Source of the DNA: Promethearchaeota archaeon
Lineage (GTDB): Archaea; Asgardarchaeota; Lokiarchaeia; Sigyniarchaeales; SOKP01
Direction: 5' to 3'
Assembly (NCBI GenBank): GCA_016839585.1
Contig: JAEOTZ010000058.1
Location: 65,792-129,791 of the forward strand
DNA: 64,000 nt
The first letter of the stretch is position 1. Every line of letters starts with the position of its first letter. Positions 19,001 through 27,200 of the stretch are shown one piece after another. The position numbers and the translations under genes were made by a program. Below the pieces are notes generated by a model that searched no databases, was not told the origin of the DNA, and saw only the letters and a list, made by a program, of their open reading frames with translations.

Positions 19001-19899
19001 ACTTTTCTTGCTAAATCTAAACCCATCTCAAGATATTTTATTCCTTTTTCAAAATAATTTCTCTGCTCTATTTCATCATCAATATGTTTATATCCATACT
19101 CAGAGTTTATAAAGCCATATGTATGGTATAAAATGGTAAGAACTAAGGGATTATTATATGGTGTAAGAAACTTAATACTTTCTTCACACTTATAAATAAT
19201 GTCTTTAAAAGTTTCTATCGATTGTCTCTCCCGTTTGAAATCTTCAATAATAGTTAGTATTTGTACAATCGTACACTCAATATAAAGGGAAAAAACAATA
19301 TCGTACATATTTCTACTTTCCATTGAAAGTTTCCAAATTTTTCCACTTAATTCAATGGTTCTTTTTACAATTTTCTTTAATTCTACTGGCTCCTTACAGA
19401 AATTTGCATAATTAAACAATGCAAACACGTTAATTATTCTTAACTCGTTTACAATCCTAGGAGGAACTTGCTCATCATTTTTTTTTGAATATCTCTCAAG
19501 CAAGTTAGAACTTAGCTCTAGAGCTTTATTAGCCATTCTCTCTGCTTCTTCAACAGTATCTGCTGTGAAACATTTATAACAGGTCGAAATTGCTTCTAAT
19601 TCCAATCTTTCAAGTTCAAATCCATTCTTTTTACAGAGTCTTGCTCCTTCTTCAAAGAGTTTAACATAATCCTTTAATAATTCCATATATTCTTCTGCTG
19701 TTTTGACTGAACTCTCCAAATAACCATAATATAATTTAATCAAATCATGAAAAATTTCCCTTGCTTTTACTCCTTCTTTTTTATCACTATAAGATTTTGC
19801 AGCTTGATAATAGAGCTTTGCTGCATTCAAAAAATTGTAATTTCTCTCTTCCTCTCGTGCCTTTTCTACTAGGGATACTTCACTTTCCTCTGAAGTCAT
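16042..19899 (-). CDS. 1285-aa fusion of TPR-like helical repeats (~residues 1-950) with a C-terminal carbon-nitrogen hydrolase (nitrilase superfamily) domain
   Basis: The C-terminal ~270 aa (nt ~16100-16866) carry an E-K-C triad context: ILLFPEMT, EQEKHIP and RIAIAICRDF (Cys codon 16384-16386). The N-terminus is a long array of paired helices rich in A/Y/L/E/K. Confidence 0.7.
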   Translation of the reverse strand: MTSEESEVSLVEKAREEERNYNFLNAAKLYYQAAKSYSDKKEGVKAREIFHDLIKLYYGYLESSVKTAEEYMELLKDYVKLFEEGARLCKKNGFELERLELEAISTCYKCFTADTVEEAERMANKALELSSNLLERYSKKNDEQVPPRIVNELRIINVFALFNYANFCKEPVELKKIVKRTIELSGKIWKLSMESRNMYDIVFSLYIECTIVQILTIIEDFKRERQSIETFKDIIYKCEESIKFLTPYNNPLVLTILYHTYGFINSEYGYKHIDDEIEQRNYFEKGIKYLEMGLDLARKVKNKIMIVWSLYLINEYAFISGKFMYLQKRIINDIKEIRDAGNIIQFPLGMMQASYFYSNHLPAFYYSNVAQLSFFTPNQRKSYAEKGVEYALRTLDCSVNDISNSFSFLSLTISYAVLVRFSETKEERDTNIEHMFHYANEIKRIGDKYGGGQVQAFTYNCLNRAYKTLAEVSEKKEKRVEMLLSAADASRNYLKHASESRSGIIAAQMRLAFLYEEIGILTKNNERLLEAKELLLDAIKGSLEKGYYSYAGTTYEYIARLEDRLGNHTSSAENYMKAEKNHSESLKSIEYRPLRERVREKIKYANAWNLIEKSKAYHKNEDHLKAKECYENASEILKKIPKYNFEGFYNAAWAMLEEAELLSKQEKREEAIKQYKHTIQAFEETIHILKEALVKTTEQPEKERIEKLEKVAEVRIDYCSARINLEEAIMLGKKGEHSTAAEKFGIAASVFRGVCTRYKLERERKELEAIYYLCRAWESMELAEKFEEPERFDYAANLFTKASELFVDMKLKLLASGNSAFCQALELSCKFDESMDIGIKMNLYPKVKLMLSKAASSYGKSGFENVANWALASSIYFDAAWHLIQADKELDFTEKGRLLGIGSNYLKSSLELFSKAGYRNKVVEVQDRLNRVEKEESILFSALSTIKEPSISRSTVGIVAPSCPIESSQSPRLGEARQFTEEELRVTMERIERKKYELIYKDLVKEYPKVQKRECRVGIAQIGVSKSGDIMNELYEMRASGILNLREDKINTVRFNVKKMIERAHKEGINILLFPEMTIDLNYGQCLGEIADLAKLYEMYIIPGSFHDQETKRNICMVFGPEGILWEQEKHIPAIISFGEGNRFKEGIDVSSLPRKTIICNTEYGRIAIAICRDFLDMDLRVELKNFEPPIDIILNPAFTPVTADFKAAHFDARRSIYAYCFFANIGEFGESQIYTPEKDRTERIVPAKEEGLIFKDIELFKLRSERKKWEKEHKKDQLFIQSTR

Positions 19900-20132
19900 T
19901 TAGGATCAATTATAGATTTGATTGTGTTCTATTTCGACCTTAACTGTCTAATATTAATTACTTTGAATGATTAATAAACATTCAGTTCAATTTATAATGT
20001 TTTACTTTTTCTAAGAAAAATGATTTCTCTCAAATTCAAAATGTTTTAATGATTTAAGAAATTTTGAGTGATATTATTGCATATTTGAATTAAAAAAAAT
20101 TTAATAAAAAATTCGAAATTAAGTGAAAAATT

Positions 20133-22256
20133 ATGGATGTACCATTCATATTAATTGTTGCCTTAATCGCAGGAATAATCTCCATAGCAATGGCTTTATA
20201 CTTTAGATTCTTAGTTTTAAAAGAGGATCCTGGAAATGAGAGAATGCAAGAAGTAGCAGGATACATTGAAGAGGGAGCAAAAACATACCTTAAAGTTCAG
20301 TATAAGATTTTAGGACTATTTGTGGGAGTTCTTGCAATTGCTTTGTTATTTTTACCTTCTCCCTTGAAAGATAGCACTACGTATACAAGAATTTTTGAGG
20401 ATGCATTAAATTGGGAGCAAATGGTTGCTTATCTAATTGGTGCTGTAGGTTCAATGATGGCTGGTTGGCTAGGAATGTATGTTGGTGTGAAGGCAAACAC
20501 CAGAGCAGCTCAAGGATGTACTATAAGCACAAAAAAAGGTTTTGACATCGCATTTTTCGGAGGTGCCGTTATGGGACTTGCCGTAGTTGGTGTTGCTTTG
20601 ATTGGGGTCTCAACCTTATATTGGATTGTGCCAGATCCAATGATAGTACTAGGATTTAGTTTTGGTGCGAGTAGTGTAGCACTATTTATGAAATGTGGTG
20701 GAGGAATTTATACCAAAACGGCTGATGTTGGAGCAGATTTAGTTGGGAAAGCAGAATATAACCTTCCTGAAGATGATCCACGCAATCCCGCTACTATAGC
20801 AGATAATGTAGGAGATAATGTGGGTGATATTGCAGGGATGGGAAGTGATCTGTTCGATTCTTATGTTGCGTCAATTATAGCAGCAATGATGTTAGCTGCA
20901 ACATTACCCTTTCTAGATATTAATTTGTCAGAATATGGAAGATTCATTTATACAATTTACCCAGTTATGTTATGTGCTGCTGGTTTATTATCATCTCTTA
21001 TTGGTATTTATATAATAAAGCGGACTGGATCTGATGAACCAGGTAAAGCTTTGAACACTGGAACATACTTATCAACATTAATATTTGCAGCATTGGCTAT
21101 TCTGTTTACTCTAATAATGGTTATAGGGTTAAATGGAGAAGAAACAACAATGTTGTGGAAATTATCTGCATGTTCTATTATTGGTCTACTTGCTGGTATC
21201 GTGCTTGGCTTTACAAGTGATTACTTCACAAGAGCCGATAGAAAGCCAACAAGAAAGATGGCGGAAGCTGCGCAAGAAGGACACGCTGTAGTTATACTCA
21301 GTGGCTTTTCCTATGGATTACTAAGTGTAATTCCTGCTGCTCTAGGGATCGTGCTTGCAATGGTATTCACTTATCTGTTAGCTGAGGTTTTTGGAGTTGC
21401 AATGGCAGCTGTAGGAATGTTAGCTATTGTAGGAACTATTGTTTCTAATGATGCATATGGTCCTATTGTAGACAATGCTAGAGCTATTGCAGAACAAGGA
21501 GACCTTGGAGAAGATGTAATACGTATAGCGGATCGATTGGATTCAGCAGGAAACACTGCTAAAGCTATTACCAAAGGATTTGCTATAGGAGCAGCAAATT
21601 TAACTGTTCTTGCTTTACTCTTTTCCTATGCTACAGAAGCTAATGATATAAATCCAGGTACAATTGCAGTTATGGATCTATTAAACCTAAATATATTAAT
21701 AGGCGCTTTTATAGGAGTTGTTGTACCTGCACTATTCTCTGCTTTATTAATTCTTGCCGTGCAAAGAAATGCAGCAATAATGGTTGATGAAATAAGAAGA
21801 CAATTTGAATCAAATCCTAAAATATTAACTGGTGAGGAAGCAGCTGATTTTAGTAAGACAATCGATATTGCAACTAAAGGTTCGCTAAAAGAATTAATAT
21901 TACCAAGCATTATTTCAATCACCGTTCCTGTTTCAGTAGGAATAATATTCGGGGTATCAGCATTAGGTGCATTCTTAGCAGGTGCAATCTTATCTGGTTT
22001 TGTTTTTGCTATTATGATGTCTAATGCTGGTGGAGCATGGGATAATGCTAAAAAATGGATAGAGGATGGAAATCTTGGAGGAAAAGGTACTGAAGTGCAT
22101 AAAGCATCAATTACGGGAGATACGGTTGGAGACCCATTTAAAGACACTGCAGGTCCAAGTATTAACACCTTATTGGTTGTAATGTCATTAACTGCATCAA
22201 TTTTCCTTGGATTCTTAATGCTTTTTGGTAATGGAGCAGGATTAATATCTTTCTAA
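20133..22256 (+). CDS. hppA: Membrane-integral H+-translocating pyrophosphatase, K+-independent type
   Basis: Carries GGGIYTKTADVGADLVGK, DNVGDNVGD and GDTVGDPFKDTAGPSINTL. SAGNTAKAITKGFAIG has Lys and Thr at the positions diagnostic for K+ independence. Confidence 0.95.
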   Translation: MDVPFILIVALIAGIISIAMALYFRFLVLKEDPGNERMQEVAGYIEEGAKTYLKVQYKILGLFVGVLAIALLFLPSPLKDSTTYTRIFEDALNWEQMVAYLIGAVGSMMAGWLGMYVGVKANTRAAQGCTISTKKGFDIAFFGGAVMGLAVVGVALIGVSTLYWIVPDPMIVLGFSFGASSVALFMKCGGGIYTKTADVGADLVGKAEYNLPEDDPRNPATIADNVGDNVGDIAGMGSDLFDSYVASIIAAMMLAATLPFLDINLSEYGRFIYTIYPVMLCAAGLLSSLIGIYIIKRTGSDEPGKALNTGTYLSTLIFAALAILFTLIMVIGLNGEETTMLWKLSACSIIGLLAGIVLGFTSDYFTRADRKPTRKMAEAAQEGHAVVILSGFSYGLLSVIPAALGIVLAMVFTYLLAEVFGVAMAAVGMLAIVGTIVSNDAYGPIVDNARAIAEQGDLGEDVIRIADRLDSAGNTAKAITKGFAIGAANLTVLALLFSYATEANDINPGTIAVMDLLNLNILIGAFIGVVVPALFSALLILAVQRNAAIMVDEIRRQFESNPKILTGEEAADFSKTIDIATKGSLKELILPSIISITVPVSVGIIFGVSALGAFLAGAILSGFVFAIMMSNAGGAWDNAKKWIEDGNLGGKGTEVHKASITGDTVGDPFKDTAGPSINTLLVVMSLTASIFLGFLMLFGNGAGLISF

Positions 22257-22339
22257 AAAAATTTAACTTTATACTTTTTTATTATTTTTTATTTTTTGCA
22301 CTTGCTATTTCCTATGAATATCAGTTTTAAAGACAAAAA

Positions 22340-22347
22340 TTTAAATA
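22340..22347 (+). promoter_or_regulatory. TATA-box-like element (tttaaata) with a purine-rich BRE-like stretch upstream, serving the RNase P RNA
   Basis: It is centred about 27 nt upstream of the first nucleotide of the predicted P1 stem (22371), the canonical archaeal spacing. Confidence 0.4.
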
Positions 22348-22370
22348 GTTATTTTTCCTTTTAGAAGAAA

Positions 22371-22697
22371 GACGAGTGAGATATGGAGCTGACGGTGGGT
22401 ATATCCTGCTGAGGAACCTCGCCCCACTCTCCAAGCAAGGAGTAGAGAACTACTACGGTGAGAACCGTATTTTAGCTACTGAAACGGTACTGCCTTCTTA
22501 CAGATATTAATGATTTGGATATAAGCTAATGAAATTGTAGGAAGGAATGGTTGAAACGAGCTAAAACCTTGGTGCAAGGCCAAATGAAAGCTATGAGTAT
22601 TTTGGAGCGAGCTTTAGGTAGGCCGCTTAGTTTGATGCTCCAACTGCTCTCCGGTGACGGAAACAGTACAGAAGGGCGAGTATATATCTCAAGCGTC
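22371..22697 (+). ncRNA. rnpB: RNase P RNA
   Basis: A GC-enriched ~327-nt island with no ORF. The terminal P1 stem is GACGAGUGAGAUAU / AUAUCUCAAGCGUC. There is a CR-I-like GAGGAACCUCGCCCC whose CUCGCCC pairs with the GGGCGAG of a CR-V-like ACAGAAGGGCGAG (P4). GUGCAAGGCCAAAUGAAAG matches the universally conserved AGCAAGGCCAAAUAGG region. Confidence 0.82.
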
Positions 22698-22772
22698 TAT
22701 TTACTTAAAAGTTTTTAAAATTAGTAATCAATCTCTACTTTTTTATTAAATGAAAATTGATGATTATTAACC

Positions 22773-23597
22773 ATGGAGAAAGTTAATCTAATTGAGGGAT
22801 CTGTTCAAGAAACAATGTTAGGACCATTGTGGGCTCGAGCAAAATTTAGTAAGTTATATCCTGAAATATTAGACGATCAAAAAGCTTATGAAATAATTGA
22901 AAAACTGGAGTATGATTTTTCAAAAGTACAAGAGTACCTTGGAGAATGGCGAGGGATAGGTCTTTTAGTTAGAGCTAAAAATTTTGATGATGCACTGAAA
23001 AAGTATATAGAAAGATTTCCCAATGCAACAATAGTAAATATTGGAGCAGGTTTAGATACTACATTTTTTCGTGTAGACAATGGTAAAATTAGATGGTATG
23101 ATTTAGACCTATCTGATGCTATTGAATTTCGTAGGCAATATATACCAGAAACAAATAGATGTAAGTATATTTCAAAGTCTGCCCTTGATTATTCTTGGTT
23201 TGATGAGATAGATTTTAGCCATGATGAGGGTATTTTTTTAATTGCCGGAGGATTTATCTATTACTTCCAAGAAAAGGAGATATCTGCATTTTTTAATGCT
23301 TTAGCTGGAAACTACCCTGATGGTGAATTAATTTTTGATTGCATTTCCAATTTAGCTATTAAAGTGGCTCATAAGAGGGCAAAAAAAGCAGGAGTGGAAA
23401 CACCTTTTTGGCATATAGGTATTGGTAACCCAATAAAAAAAATAGCAGAGTGGTCTGAAAAAATTATAGTAATTGATTGGTATACTATGTTTTCACGAAC
23501 AGAACTTAATCCAAAATGGAACAAAAAAACTGTAAAAATGGTAAAAATAGCAGAACGATTTAAAACAGCAAAAATAGTCCATGTAAAATTTTTTTAA
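22773..23597 (+). CDS. Class I SAM-dependent methyltransferase, LCM/TcmP-like O-methyltransferase family
   Basis: Motif I is IVNIGAGLDT. The N-terminus LGPLWARAKFS is typical of TcmP-like proteins. Confidence 0.6.
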   Translation: MEKVNLIEGSVQETMLGPLWARAKFSKLYPEILDDQKAYEIIEKLEYDFSKVQEYLGEWRGIGLLVRAKNFDDALKKYIERFPNATIVNIGAGLDTTFFRVDNGKIRWYDLDLSDAIEFRRQYIPETNRCKYISKSALDYSWFDEIDFSHDEGIFLIAGGFIYYFQEKEISAFFNALAGNYPDGELIFDCISNLAIKVAHKRAKKAGVETPFWHIGIGNPIKKIAEWSEKIIVIDWYTMFSRTELNPKWNKKTVKMVKIAERFKTAKIVHVKFF

Positions 23598-23599
23598 GT

Positions 23600-24475
23600 T
23601 TAGTAATTATCTTTTTTAGGATAACCACAGACAGAACATTTCCAGTCTTGAGGTAAATCTACTTTTTCTTCATTTCCACATTCTAAGCATACCCAAGTAG
23701 CTTTTTCTCTTTTGGAAACTGAAATTCGTTCTTCTTTTGCTTTAGAGGGTTTTCGCTTAAAATATTCTTTAGAACGTTTACAAGATGGGCACTTCCAATT
23801 TTCTGGTAATTTATCCAATAATACTTCAAATCCACACTCCATGCAAATCCAAATCGTTTTTTCCTTCTTTTTTAGTAAAAGATCTTGATTAGTTAAATCA
23901 AAAATTTCTTTTTTAAAGTATAATTTAAGATGACCACAAACAGGACAACTGAAATCTTCCTCTAATTCGTCAGTCGTTGTTTCATATCCACATTCCATAC
24001 ATTTCCAAACAATAATTTTATTCTTCTGAAATATTATATTATCTTGTAGCAATTTTGAAAGAGTTCTAAAACGATATAGATAATTTCTTTTAATTTGGGA
24101 AATCTCTTTTAATCTAATTGCTATATCAGTATATCCTTCCTTATCCGTAATATTAATAATGTCGCGGTATATTGGAATTCCATTATATTCGACTTCTTTA
24201 ATAGCTGATTCCAAATTTTCACCAGTTGTACCATAAGTAATAGGACTATCAATTTCTACCTTTACATTTTCAATAAGCTCTTCCTTTTTGAATTGTTCTA
24301 ACATAAAAAAAATCGAATATGCATTTTCCTTTACTTGCTCAGCAATTTCTATAAAAGTTGTAGAAATTAAAGGAAGTTCCTCTTTTTGTGCGATTATAGC
24401 AAAAATCTCATACTTAGTCCTCTCTTGGGCTTCATGTATAAAAGCTTTCATTAAATTTATAGCAGTATTTTTCAT
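23600..24475 (-). CDS. Rubrerythrin-fold protein with a degenerate di-iron site and three C-terminal rubredoxin-like zinc/iron ribbons
   Basis: The N-terminal four-helix region aligns to rubrerythrin (NLMKAFIHEAQERTKY...). It is followed by three modules W.C.ECG...(W/F).CP.C (WKCMECG..FSCPVCG, WICMECG..WKCPSCK, WVCLECG..WKCSVCG). Confidence 0.7.
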   Translation of the reverse strand: MKNTAINLMKAFIHEAQERTKYEIFAIIAQKEELPLISTTFIEIAEQVKENAYSIFFMLEQFKKEELIENVKVEIDSPITYGTTGENLESAIKEVEYNGIPIYRDIINITDKEGYTDIAIRLKEISQIKRNYLYRFRTLSKLLQDNIIFQKNKIIVWKCMECGYETTTDELEEDFSCPVCGHLKLYFKKEIFDLTNQDLLLKKKEKTIWICMECGFEVLLDKLPENWKCPSCKRSKEYFKRKPSKAKEERISVSKREKATWVCLECGNEEKVDLPQDWKCSVCGYPKKDNY

Positions 24476-24639
24476 AATTTTAAACCATTTTGAAAATTGA
24501 GATTCCTATCTAAAAACCTTAAAATAAAACGTAGAAGTTCAATTAGAGTTTCTAATATGTGTTTTCATAATTAAAAAATAAAAAATTATATATTATTATT
24601 TTCTTTTTTTGTTGTTATTAATGGATCTTTTTTCTTTCT

Positions 24640-25371
24640 TTATAGTTTTTTTAGTAAGTTTCCAATGTCAGAAGGCATAAAAATTATTATTTTTTGTGAT
24701 GGTTCATGAGATATATCTTGAATTGTTTGCAATGTTCTTAATTGAATCGCAGCCGAATTTTGAGCTAACAATTCAGCGGCTGCCGCTATATTTTTCGCAG
24801 ATTCAAGTTCGCCTTCTGAGGCGATTATTGAAGCACGCTTTTCTCTTTCTTTTTCAGCCTCAACAGCCATAGCACGTTTCATAGTCTGAGGTAATTCAAT
24901 TTGTTGTATTTTAATTTGACTGATTTCAATACCCCATTCTCTTGTTTCTTCATCTACTACTTTTCGAATTTCTTGTGAAACTCTTTCTCGTTGTGTTAGA
25001 ATTTCATCTAATGCCATGCCTCCAATAACATCCCTTAGTGCACCTTGAGTATAGTTGAACACTGCCCTCATAAAATTTTCAATTTTAGTTGTAGCATATT
25101 GAGGATTTATAACTTTATAAAATACACTTGTATCGGCGGTAATTGGTATATTATCTTTTGTGATAATATCTTGTTTAGAAATATCTAAGGTTTTAATTCT
25201 TAAATCAACACTCATTGATTTTTCAATAAGTGGAAATTTATATATGATCCCGGGCCCTACAGTTCTTTTATATCTTCCAAATCGAAATATTATTAAGCGT
25301 TTATATTCAGTCACGGTTCTAAGTCCTGAAAGGACTATGATGGCAACGATAATTAAGAAGAAACCTAACAA
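24640..25371 (-). CDS. SPFH/band-7 (stomatin/prohibitin-like) membrane protein
   Basis: An N-terminal TM helix followed by a typical SPFH core (RTVTEYKRLIIFRFGRY...VDLRI...ALRDVIG...L.EIL..R) and an A/E-rich coiled coil. Confidence 0.9.
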   Translation of the reverse strand: MLGFFLIIVAIIVLSGLRTVTEYKRLIIFRFGRYKRTVGPGIIYKFPLIEKSMSVDLRIKTLDISKQDIITKDNIPITADTSVFYKVINPQYATTKIENFMRAVFNYTQGALRDVIGGMALDEILTQRERVSQEIRKVVDEETREWGIEISQIKIQQIELPQTMKRAMAVEAEKEREKRASIIASEGELESAKNIAAAAELLAQNSAAIQLRTLQTIQDISHEPSQKIIIFMPSDIGNLLKKL

Positions 25372-25515
25372 TACACCTACTATAATAAATATTTCAGAAA
25401 TTTCAATCCCTCCATAAAGATTATTTTAATTAAAGTAACTTTAAGCTAATTATATCTTTTTTCCTTTATAATATTGCTTTTACAAAAATAGAAATTTTGT
25501 TATAAGTATTCAGAA

Positions 25516-26811
25516 TTAACAATGAAGATATTTTTTTAATTCCCACTGTTTTTCATTGTCGTTTGATTTCGCGATTTCATACCCCTGAAGTTCAGTATAT
25601 TTTATATCCAAATAAATTTCTCGGAATTCTTTTCCTAAAACCTTTTTTATAAATTCACTGCCTTCAAATGCGTTTAAAGAATCTTCTAAACTTCCCGGGA
25701 GTTTTTTAATTCCTAATTTTTCCCTTTCTTCATTAGTTAAATTATCAACATTTTTAATAGTTGGCGTATTCGGTTCGATTTTATTTTTTATTCCCTCTAA
25801 TCCAGCTGCAAGTAATATTGCACTACCAAGATATATATTCATAGCTCCATCTCCAGCTCTATATTCAATTCGAGCAGATTTTTCATAACCTGGAACACGT
25901 ATTAGTGCAGTTCTATTACCAATTCCCCAAGAAATATATACTGGAGCTTCATGATTAGGAATTAAACGTTTATAAGAGTTAGTAGAAGGATTTAATAGTG
26001 CAGAAATTGAGAATATATGTTTTTGAATTCCTCCAATATAATATCTAAGAATATCACTTATCCCTTTTTCTTTATCAGTAAAAAGATTTTCACCATTTTT
26101 AGAAAGGAATTGATGAATGTGAAGACCATTACCAGCCATTTCAGGAAATGGTTTTGGCATATAGGTACAAATAAGATCATTATGAAATGCTTTTACTTTT
26201 GTAATCAACTTTGCTGTTTGAACATTATCCGCTTGGTGTAAAGCATTGTCAGTAGTTAATTCTACTTCTTGTTGACCAGAACCAAATTCATGGTGGAAAG
26301 TTTTAACACCAATACCCATTTGAATCATTTCATCAATAATTTGACGACGTATATCTTGGAGGGGATCTTTAGGAAGCATATCCATATAGGTACCCATGTC
26401 GCCTGGATTTTTATCTTTTGTAATAAAGTACCATTCTAATTCTGGTCTAGTTTTAAAAGTATATCCCAAAGATTTGGTCTTATCGATAATTTTCCTTAAA
26501 ATTCCGCGAGGACATGTTGGATATGGCTTTCCTTTATTATCGGTTAAATCGCAAATAAAGCGCCCCACTCTGGGATTAAATGAGAGTATTGCAAAAGTAC
26601 TGAAATCAGGAACAGCACACATATCACTTTGCTCGGTTTTAAGGAATCCAAGAGATGAACCATCTACTCCTGTACCTTCCTGCATCTCATTCCAGATTTT
26701 AGTAGGAAACTCAACAGCTTTAAATTCACCTAAAATAGTCGAAAACTGGAACTGAATGTAATCTAATCCTTTTTCTTCAAAGATTTTATTAAAATCTGTC
26801 ATTGTTTTCAT
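25516..26811 (-). CDS. glnA: Glutamine synthetase (type I family)
   Basis: 431 aa with GS beta-grasp and catalytic-domain motifs (GVDGSS, HHEFGSGQQE, NGLHIHQ, SYKRL, RIEYR.GD). Confidence 0.9.
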   Translation of the reverse strand: MKTMTDFNKIFEEKGLDYIQFQFSTILGEFKAVEFPTKIWNEMQEGTGVDGSSLGFLKTEQSDMCAVPDFSTFAILSFNPRVGRFICDLTDNKGKPYPTCPRGILRKIIDKTKSLGYTFKTRPELEWYFITKDKNPGDMGTYMDMLPKDPLQDIRRQIIDEMIQMGIGVKTFHHEFGSGQQEVELTTDNALHQADNVQTAKLITKVKAFHNDLICTYMPKPFPEMAGNGLHIHQFLSKNGENLFTDKEKGISDILRYYIGGIQKHIFSISALLNPSTNSYKRLIPNHEAPVYISWGIGNRTALIRVPGYEKSARIEYRAGDGAMNIYLGSAILLAAGLEGIKNKIEPNTPTIKNVDNLTNEEREKLGIKKLPGSLEDSLNAFEGSEFIKKVLGKEFREIYLDIKYTELQGYEIAKSNDNEKQWELKKYLHC

Positions 26812-26841
26812 TAGTTTCTTTTGATTTATTTTTTTTATATT

Positions 26842-27048
26842 TCATTTATTTAGGACTAGTTTCGCAAAATATTCAAAATCTCTATTATATGACTTTTCAG
26901 CTTCTTTAGAGATTTTGGAAAAAATGCATCCCGGCAACTCATTCATCGAAAGATGATATTCTATACATTCGCAACATTTTCCTCTTCTACTGCAATCATA
27001 AGTACACGAACATCTATTTTTTATTTCTTCTTGTTTACATTCTGTCAT
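26842..27048 (-). CDS. Small Cys-rich protein, immediately upstream of and co-directional with glnA
   Basis: 68 aa with the pattern C-x-C-x3-C-x6-CC-x-C...H...C (RCSCTYDCSRRGKCCECIEYH...LPGC). A 30-nt gap separates it from glnA. Confidence 0.55.
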   Translation of the reverse strand: MTECKQEEIKNRCSCTYDCSRRGKCCECIEYHLSMNELPGCIFSKISKEAEKSYNRDFEYFAKLVLNK

Positions 27049-27200
27049 AACTTAATCGATTAATTTGTATATGAGTATAGAAATTATAGAATTTAAATTA
27101 ATCATACTTTAAAAAAATTAATTGTATTGGAAAATAGTTGGAATTAATCATTTTAATTTAAAAATTTCGATAAAAAAAAAGAAATTTATTTTAATTGATC

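Noticed and set aside
21626-22168. 180-aa ORF antisense to hppA. The same class includes 21371..21574, 6206..6610, 13624..13980, 14452..14751, 26396..26755, 33017..33343, 35247..35621, 35733..35963, 40047..40382, 41055..41751, 50000..50500 and 54716..55027.
   Set aside because: These are shadow ORFs lying entirely inside strongly supported genes on the opposite strand. Their translations are low-complexity with no recognisable motifs.
22371-22697. Alternative reading of the structured RNA as SRP (7S) RNA
   Set aside because: The length is similar, but the CR-I-like GAGGAA..., the ACAGAAGGGCGAG 3' element pairing back to CUCGCCC, and the GCAAGGCCAAAU block are RNase P hallmarks. I could not find an SRP helix-8-type motif.
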